From assembly GCA_020724585.1 (NCBI GenBank), contig DYGS01000001.1, positions 625,027 through 672,534 on the forward strand: a DNA stretch of 47,508 nt. Direction: 5' to 3'. A program made the position numbers and the translations under genes. The notes under the pieces are model-generated. The model saw nothing but the letters and a program-made list of their open reading frames with translations, made no database searches and was not told the origin of the DNA. Shown here one piece after another: positions 42,452 through 47,508 of this stretch (its first letter is position 1; each line of letters opens with the position of its first letter). Origin of the DNA: Candidatus Microgenomatus sp. (GTDB taxonomy: Bacteria > Patescibacteriota > Microgenomatia > UBA8517).

Positions 42452-43357
42452 TCAGGTTTTGCTAAGCCAGAGCAGATAATCTTTTTCAGTGTGTTTCTGG
42501 GGCTTCTTGGTCAATTTTAAAGCGTATAAAAGAAGTAAAATGGCAGTTACAAGCTCTAAAAAAATAAGTGCCAGTATTTTATTTTTGCCAAAAAAGTCTA
42601 TTATTTTTTGCCAAAATGATTTAAATTCTCCTAAAACAGAAAACTTTAGTGTATTGCTTTTAGCAGATAAATCTTTGCCGTATAAACTTGAGGCATATAT
42701 TTTATAATTACTTTCCTCTGTCGTTGGCAAAACCAAACTAAATCTGCCTTGTTTGTCTGATTTGGTTTTTAAAATAGGAAAAGAGTATGCAGATACTTCT
42801 TTGACTAAGCTTAGATATCTTTTGTTATCTTTTGATACATATATATTAACTTCTGTCTCAGGACTGGTAAGACCGTCGATAAAGACAAAGTCCTCAGTTA
42901 CGACATTATTATCGCTTAAAGAAATCGTCGGCGACAATAAAACTGGGCCCACCTCAAGCGGTGTTTTTCTATCAACAGGAAGCGCAGGAATGCAGGATGG
43001 CTGTGTGGTTCTGTTTTGAGCATCCCTTGCTTGCAGGCACAGTTCAGGATAATTTTTGCTTAGACTATAAATTGAACTAAATCTGAAAAAGCCTGTGTCA
43101 TCAGCCGTAGTTTCTTCAGACACGCCAAAACCCTTAAGTGCAACTATTGCACCTTTTGGACCATAACCATATATCGACATCGGTATCGGTTTATAGCGCC
43201 TTTCAAATGGTTGTGGAGTCGCAGTAACTGTAGGAAAAGGAGAAGTGGGAGTGGGTGTTGCAGAAGCTGTTGGAGTTGCGGTTGCCGCAACCACCACTTG
43301 GCCCACAGTTGCATCGTTTATAATCTGTGGGCTTTCAGTAAACATTATTCTAATCAA
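42452..43357 (-). CDS. C-terminally anchored surface protein with Thr/Pro linker and Ig/carboxypeptidase-regulatory-like repeats
   Basis: 301 aa. ATATPTASATPTPTSPFPTVTATP linker, GFFRFS and GRFSLVL beta-sandwich-type motifs, C-terminal TM plus basic tail. The start (TTG 43357 or ATG 43345) is uncertain. Confidence 0.55.
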   Translation of the reverse strand: MIRIMFTESPQIINDATVGQVVVAATATPTASATPTPTSPFPTVTATPQPFERRYKPIPMSIYGYGPKGAIVALKGFGVSEETTADDTGFFRFSSIYSLSKNYPELCLQARDAQNRTTQPSCIPALPVDRKTPLEVGPVLLSPTISLSDNNVVTEDFVFIDGLTSPETEVNIYVSKDNKRYLSLVKEVSAYSFPILKTKSDKQGRFSLVLPTTEESNYKIYASSLYGKDLSAKSNTLKFSVLGEFKSFWQKIIDFFGKNKILALIFLELVTAILLLLYALKLTKKPQKHTEKDYLLWLSKT

Positions 43358-43769
43358 AAACTAGACGAAAATTTTTAGAAACTGGAAATTCATCCACAAA
43401 AACAGATATATAGTACTCCCCGGAGATATCGGAAGATAGATCAAACAATGCCTTGCCGGTTTCATCAGTTAAAACCTGGACATCTTTAATAACTAAATTC
43501 TGGCTATTGCTTTCTATCTTAATTTTTCTATCAAAAATTGGGTTCCCCTCGTCATCTAGCAAAAATACAGTAACTCTAATCAAATCGCCACCGGCTTTAG
43601 CTCTCACGGGCGACGCAAAAACATACGAGTTGGCACTTGAAGGCAGACTTAAGCTTCCGCTATACTTAGCACTGCTAGTCAAATTAGTCTGCAGACGGAC
43701 TAAATAAACAGTTAAAACCAGCGCTAGTCCAAGCAGTAAAATTACAACAATTAAAAATAAACTCCTCAT
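43350..43769 (-). CDS. signal-anchored Ig-like domain protein
   Basis: 139 aa. N-terminal anchor MRSLFLIVVILLLGLALVLTVYLV, then a single beta-sandwich-like domain (IRVTVFLLDDEGNPI...TDETGKALFDLSS...GEYYISV). Confidence 0.55.
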   Translation of the reverse strand: MRSLFLIVVILLLGLALVLTVYLVRLQTNLTSSAKYSGSLSLPSSANSYVFASPVRAKAGGDLIRVTVFLLDDEGNPIFDRKIKIESNSQNLVIKDVQVLTDETGKALFDLSSDISGEYYISVFVDEFPVSKNFRLVFD

Positions 43770-44185
43770 AAATTAAATATAGCGATATTTTTGAGCCAAA
43801 ACAACACTCATTTTGCATTAGCAATAGCAAAAAAATTCTGCTAAATTTAATCCTATATTTTATACCCCAAGTTCATAAAAATTACCAATTTTTTAATAAA
43901 AAAATAGCTTTTTTCTAATTCTTTCGTAAGACGAAAATCTTGATTAACGCAAAAATTGAGGTTTTTAATACGGCTAAAATATTTACCGCAAATAACCGCA
44001 AACATGCAGAATTTTTAAAATACGCACGCGCATTTTAACCCTATAATAACATTTTTTCATTCTATACTCACCTATCATTATACTGTTTGATATATTTAGG
44101 TAATTAGAAATCTATGCGGAAAATATATTATATCTTATGTGAAATTCGTAATTCTTAATTTTCAATTTTTAATTGTTTTAGGCTC

Positions 44186-44213
44186 TTGACAGCCTTGCTA
44201 ATAGTATTAATAT
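44186..44213 (+). promoter_or_regulatory. candidate promoter of the open-ended giant ORF
   Basis: TTGACA (44186..44191), 16 nt, TAATAT (44208..44213). TATAAT boxes also occur at 44227 and 44235. Confidence 0.4.
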
Positions 44214-44259
44214 TAGTATAGCCTTGTATAATGCGTATAATTTGAGGCTAATCAGAAAT

Positions 44260-47200
44260 ATGCGGAAATTAATTAATAATTACCTAAATCACCTAATTAA
44301 GCAGGGAGTCTCAAAAAACTCTCTAAAATTCTACAAATCTGACATCTCTCAGTTTTTGAATTGGACAAGAAATAGGAAAATTACTAAAAGATTGGTCTTG
44401 GAATATATATCTTCCATTAGATTTGTAACTCCTGTTTCAACCATCAATAGAAAATTATCAACCTTAAGAAGCTTTGCTAATTTTTTAAACCAAAACTTTA
44501 TGGACGGCGTTGCCAATGTCTCAGAGACAAGAAAAATATTTAAAAATTGGCAGGATAAAATTCTCTACAAATTTGAACACCGACCTAAAATTAAACACCT
44601 ATTAAGCAGAGTTTTTTACAGCAGGCCAAACTGGTATAGAAAGTATCATTCCTATTCACTTTCAACCTATATTCACATTGCCATTTTGGTTTTATTCACG
44701 GCTACGGCAGGTTACGCGCTTTATGATCAAGCATTTAAAGAACCGGGCGGCCTTTTTGCTTTCCCACCAAATTTGACAAGACCAAACAGGTATTTATCAT
44801 TTCAAGGAAGATTAACAGATAACTTAGGTAACCCAAAGACAACAGCGACTAATTTTGTATTCAAGCTGTATGATGCATCATCTGGTGGAAGCACTTTATG
44901 GAACTCTGGAACTTGTTCCATAACGCCTGATCAGGATGGTATTTTTTCAACTCTACTTGGATCATCATGTGGATCAGAAATTGCATCATCTGTATTTAGC
45001 GAAAATGCAAGTGTCTGGTTGGGTGTTACCGTTGGGGCGGATGCTGAAGCAACACCCAGAATACAGATTGCAACCGTTGCCTACGCCTTAAATGCAGAAA
45101 CCCTACAAGGGTTTCCTGCAGGAACAGGGACATCAACTATCCCTTATATAAATTCCGCTGGGACTGTCGTTTTGGCCAATGCTTCTCCAAAAATTCAATC
45201 AACCTCGGGCACTTTTGCAGTTGAAGGACAAGCATTAACAATAACAACTCCAAATACAACAAACGGTGTCATAACTATCAATCCTGATGGCACGGGAACA
45301 CTTGATCTAACTTTTGAAGGAACATCTCCCGGACTTTCTGCAAACGGTTTTGTCAATGCAACTAATGCCAACATCACAAGCGGATCGCTTTATGCTGGGA
45401 CAGTTGCAAGTAATGCGACTGGTTACAATTTCATTAATTTTCTTTCCGGCGCATCCCCCACTTCTAAATTTTCTGTTGAAAATGATGGCGATATAAATAC
45501 ATCTGGAGACCTAACTTTATCTGGTGGGAATTTGAATACAGGCAATATTGCCTTAACTATTGGTGATGCAACAACTGACTCAATAACTTTACAGACAGAC
45601 GGTACAGGAAATGGCGAGGTGGTACTTCCAAATGATTCAATCAGTCCAAATGAAATATTTACAACAGGACAAACTGATGAGTATTGTCTCACATATGAAG
45701 CAACTGGAGCCACATGGGAATGGCAAACTTGCGGCGCAGGGGGCTCATCTATTTGGAGTGATTTAACTGCACCAATTGCTGATTTAACACTTTCAATGGC
45801 CGCATATAACACAACTTTTAACTGGGACCCGGGAACTGCTGCTGAAACTAACTTTTCTTTAACTACCCAAGGAGAAGACACAGGTGCAGTTGACCAAGTT
45901 TTAATGGCGCTTTCTCAAACTTCAAATGGAGTGGACACCACACAAGCCGCTGACGCACTACTTACTTTTACCAATAATGATCCAAACGACCCTGTTATAA
46001 ATGCCATCAGATTTGATGCAGGAGCAGCAGGAACAGACTTTACATATGGAATTAACTTTAGCGGTTCTTCGTTTGGAACATCAGAACTTCTTCTTTCAAA
46101 CTCAGCAACAATACAAAATATAGTTAACGGTACACTTGCACTAACAGAACCAACCATACAACTAATAGGTTCTACATCAGTTGATTTTGATACTCCCCTT
46201 TTAGACCTTGGAACACAAACAGTTGCTGTTACACTAAACAACTCAGCCAATGCCCTAAATTTTGACTCCAATACCCTCTCAATTGACGCTCTAAATGATC
46301 GTATTGGCATAGGAACAACTGGACCTGATGCAAAACTTGATTCTTTGGCAACTAGTGGTGAACAATTAAGACTTACATATACTGATGGCTCCGTGTATTC
46401 AGGTTTTACAACAGATTCAAATGGTTATTTGATAATTGATCCAACAGGAGCAAGAATTTCACTTGATGGAGCACTTCAAGTCGGTTCGACTTCTCCACTT
46501 GCTTATTCAAGATTTGGGACTGCAACAACTGGGCATAGCGGCAATATCAGTGCTTCAAATGATCTCTTGATATCAGGGGATCTGGAGCTTGATGGTACAT
46601 TTTTCTTGGATGGCGGGACAATTGCAAACTCTGCGGGAACCGCAACTGTTGTCTTTTCATCCGATCCCATAACAACAGCAAACACACTGTCTGCAAGTAA
46701 TTGGTTGGTCGAAAATACTGCCAATGTCGGCCAAGCTGCATTAATGGTCAACAACACAAAATCAGGTCCGCTTTTTACAGCCTCTGCCTCAGGAACAACC
46801 AAATTTACAATTCACAATGACGGGGCGATAACTTTAGCAACCATCGACTCAACTACAAATACGCTTGAGGGAACTATTTATTATGACTCAAATTCTATTG
46901 GCTCCTCATCAACCGACCATTTGTTTATGAGGGGCAGCGATAACGCTTGGCATAGAATTGCTCTTGATATGACCAAATATAGTGCAACTAATGCGACGGT
47001 TGCCAACCAAAACTACCTTCAAGTCACTCACAACCAAGGAACCAACGACCTAGCAATTACCGCCTGGATCAAAGACAAAATCACCAATCTTTGGAGAAAG
47101 ATTTCTGATTTCTCTCATACAATTAAGCATGCCTTACAAAATGAGTTTAATGATGCATCTGCAAAACAATTTAGCATTAATACCAATAACACCCTTCAAA

Positions 47201-47508
47201 ACAATCTTGTAGCCTATTGGTCAATGGATGAGACAAGCAGTGGCACTTCAGCTGTTACTAGAAATGATAGTTATGGGAGCAACAATTTAACGGATAATAA
47301 CACAACCACATCGGGAACAGGAAAGATAAATAACGCCGCTGATTTTGAATCAAGCAATTCTGAATTTCTAGAGATTGCTGACAATCTACCTCTCTCCACT
47401 GGCGACATAGATTTTACTATTACAGCCTGGATTAATCTAGAAAGCGAAACTGCAGGTACTAATAGAATGACAATTGTGAGTAAACACGAAAGCGCATCTG
47501 TGCGCGAA
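44260..47508 (+). CDS. giant surface protein, 5' part (over 1083 codons, continues past the window): N-terminal integrase-SAM-like domain, TM helix, long Thr/Gly/Asn-rich ectodomain, LamG-like module
   Basis: Not in the ORF track (no stop in the window). I translated every line from the ATG at 44260 to 47508 in frame 1 and found no stop. In-frame stops lie upstream at 44170 and 44179. Listed minus-strand ORFs 45195..46802 are shadows of it. Confidence 0.8.
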   Translation, partial: MRKLINNYLNHLIKQGVSKNSLKFYKSDISQFLNWTRNRKITKRLVLEYISSIRFVTPVSTINRKLSTLRSFANFLNQNFMDGVANVSETRKIFKNWQDKILYKFEHRPKIKHLLSRVFYSRPNWYRKYHSYSLSTYIHIAILVLFTATAGYALYDQAFKEPGGLFAFPPNLTRPNRYLSFQGRLTDNLGNPKTTATNFVFKLYDASSGGSTLWNSGTCSITPDQDGIFSTLLGSSCGSEIASSVFSENASVWLGVTVGADAEATPRIQIATVAYALNAETLQGFPAGTGTSTIPYINSAGTVVLANASPKIQSTSGTFAVEGQALTITTPNTTNGVITINPDGTGTLDLTFEGTSPGLSANGFVNATNANITSGSLYAGTVASNATGYNFINFLSGASPTSKFSVENDGDINTSGDLTLSGGNLNTGNIALTIGDATTDSITLQTDGTGNGEVVLPNDSISPNEIFTTGQTDEYCLTYEATGATWEWQTCGAGGSSIWSDLTAPIADLTLSMAAYNTTFNWDPGTAAETNFSLTTQGEDTGAVDQVLMALSQTSNGVDTTQAADALLTFTNNDPNDPVINAIRFDAGAAGTDFTYGINFSGSSFGTSELLLSNSATIQNIVNGTLALTEPTIQLIGSTSVDFDTPLLDLGTQTVAVTLNNSANALNFDSNTLSIDALNDRIGIGTTGPDAKLDSLATSGEQLRLTYTDGSVYSGFTTDSNGYLIIDPTGARISLDGALQVGSTSPLAYSRFGTATTGHSGNISASNDLLISGDLELDGTFFLDGGTIANSAGTATVVFSSDPITTANTLSASNWLVENTANVGQAALMVNNTKSGPLFTASASGTTKFTIHNDGAITLATIDSTTNTLEGTIYYDSNSIGSSSTDHLFMRGSDNAWHRIALDMTKYSATNATVANQNYLQVTHNQGTNDLAITAWIKDKITNLWRKISDFSHTIKHALQNEFNDASAKQFSINTNNTLQNNLVAYWSMDETSSGTSAVTRNDSYGSNNLTDNNTTTSGTGKINNAADFESSNSEFLEIADNLPLSTGDIDFTITAWINLESETAGTNRMTIVSKHESASVRE

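Noticed and set aside
45195-46802. Four minus-strand ORFs (60-152 aa) and the + strand ORF 45314..45496
   Set aside because: They lie antisense or out of frame to the 1083-codon open frame starting at 44260. Their composition (Val/Ser/Pro-rich, no starts with SD) fits shadow ORFs.

Overview
AT-rich, gene-dense bacterial chromosome fragment. The gene content looks like a Candidate Phyla Radiation / Patescibacteria (Microgenomates-like) genome: five AbiEi/AbiEii pairs, ComEC/ComEA, housekeeping genes with odd insertions, giant low-complexity surface proteins and heptanucleotide microsatellites. This taxonomic call is inference only. Content in order: (1) 1-7.5 kb: glycosyltransferase/methyltransferase island with an embedded AbiE pair. 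(2) 7.6-12.2 kb: a 1546-aa protein that is about two-thirds (SPSVSx)n repeat, then a 68-aa stand-alone copy of its C-terminal module, then tatA-tatA-tatC. (3) An HTH gene plus an IS200/RayT-like HUH transposase bracketed by inverted REP-like hairpins; a further identical copy lies 12.8 kb away. (4) uppS with a C-terminal extension, two head-to-head AbiE pairs, four small orphan genes, a polyprenyl synthase, another AbiE pair, a TagA/WecG-type transferase, mreB, a PEGA protein, divergent tRNA-Arg(CCU)/tRNA-Pro(CGG), and a fifth AbiE pair. (5) ndk, M16 peptidase, DUF1003, argS with a ~183-aa insertion, comEC in pieces with a frame-setting 14-nt tandem repeat, comEA, and leuS with two related GC-rich palindromic in-frame inserts. 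(6) 38.2-43.8 kb: a duplicated cluster of secreted proteins plus membrane-anchored Ig-like proteins (Csc/WxL-like by architecture). (7) A >1083-codon ORF open to the window end that the ORF track misses. No rRNA, CRISPR array or recognisable phage structural genes were seen. All family assignments come from motif reading by eye, not database searches.
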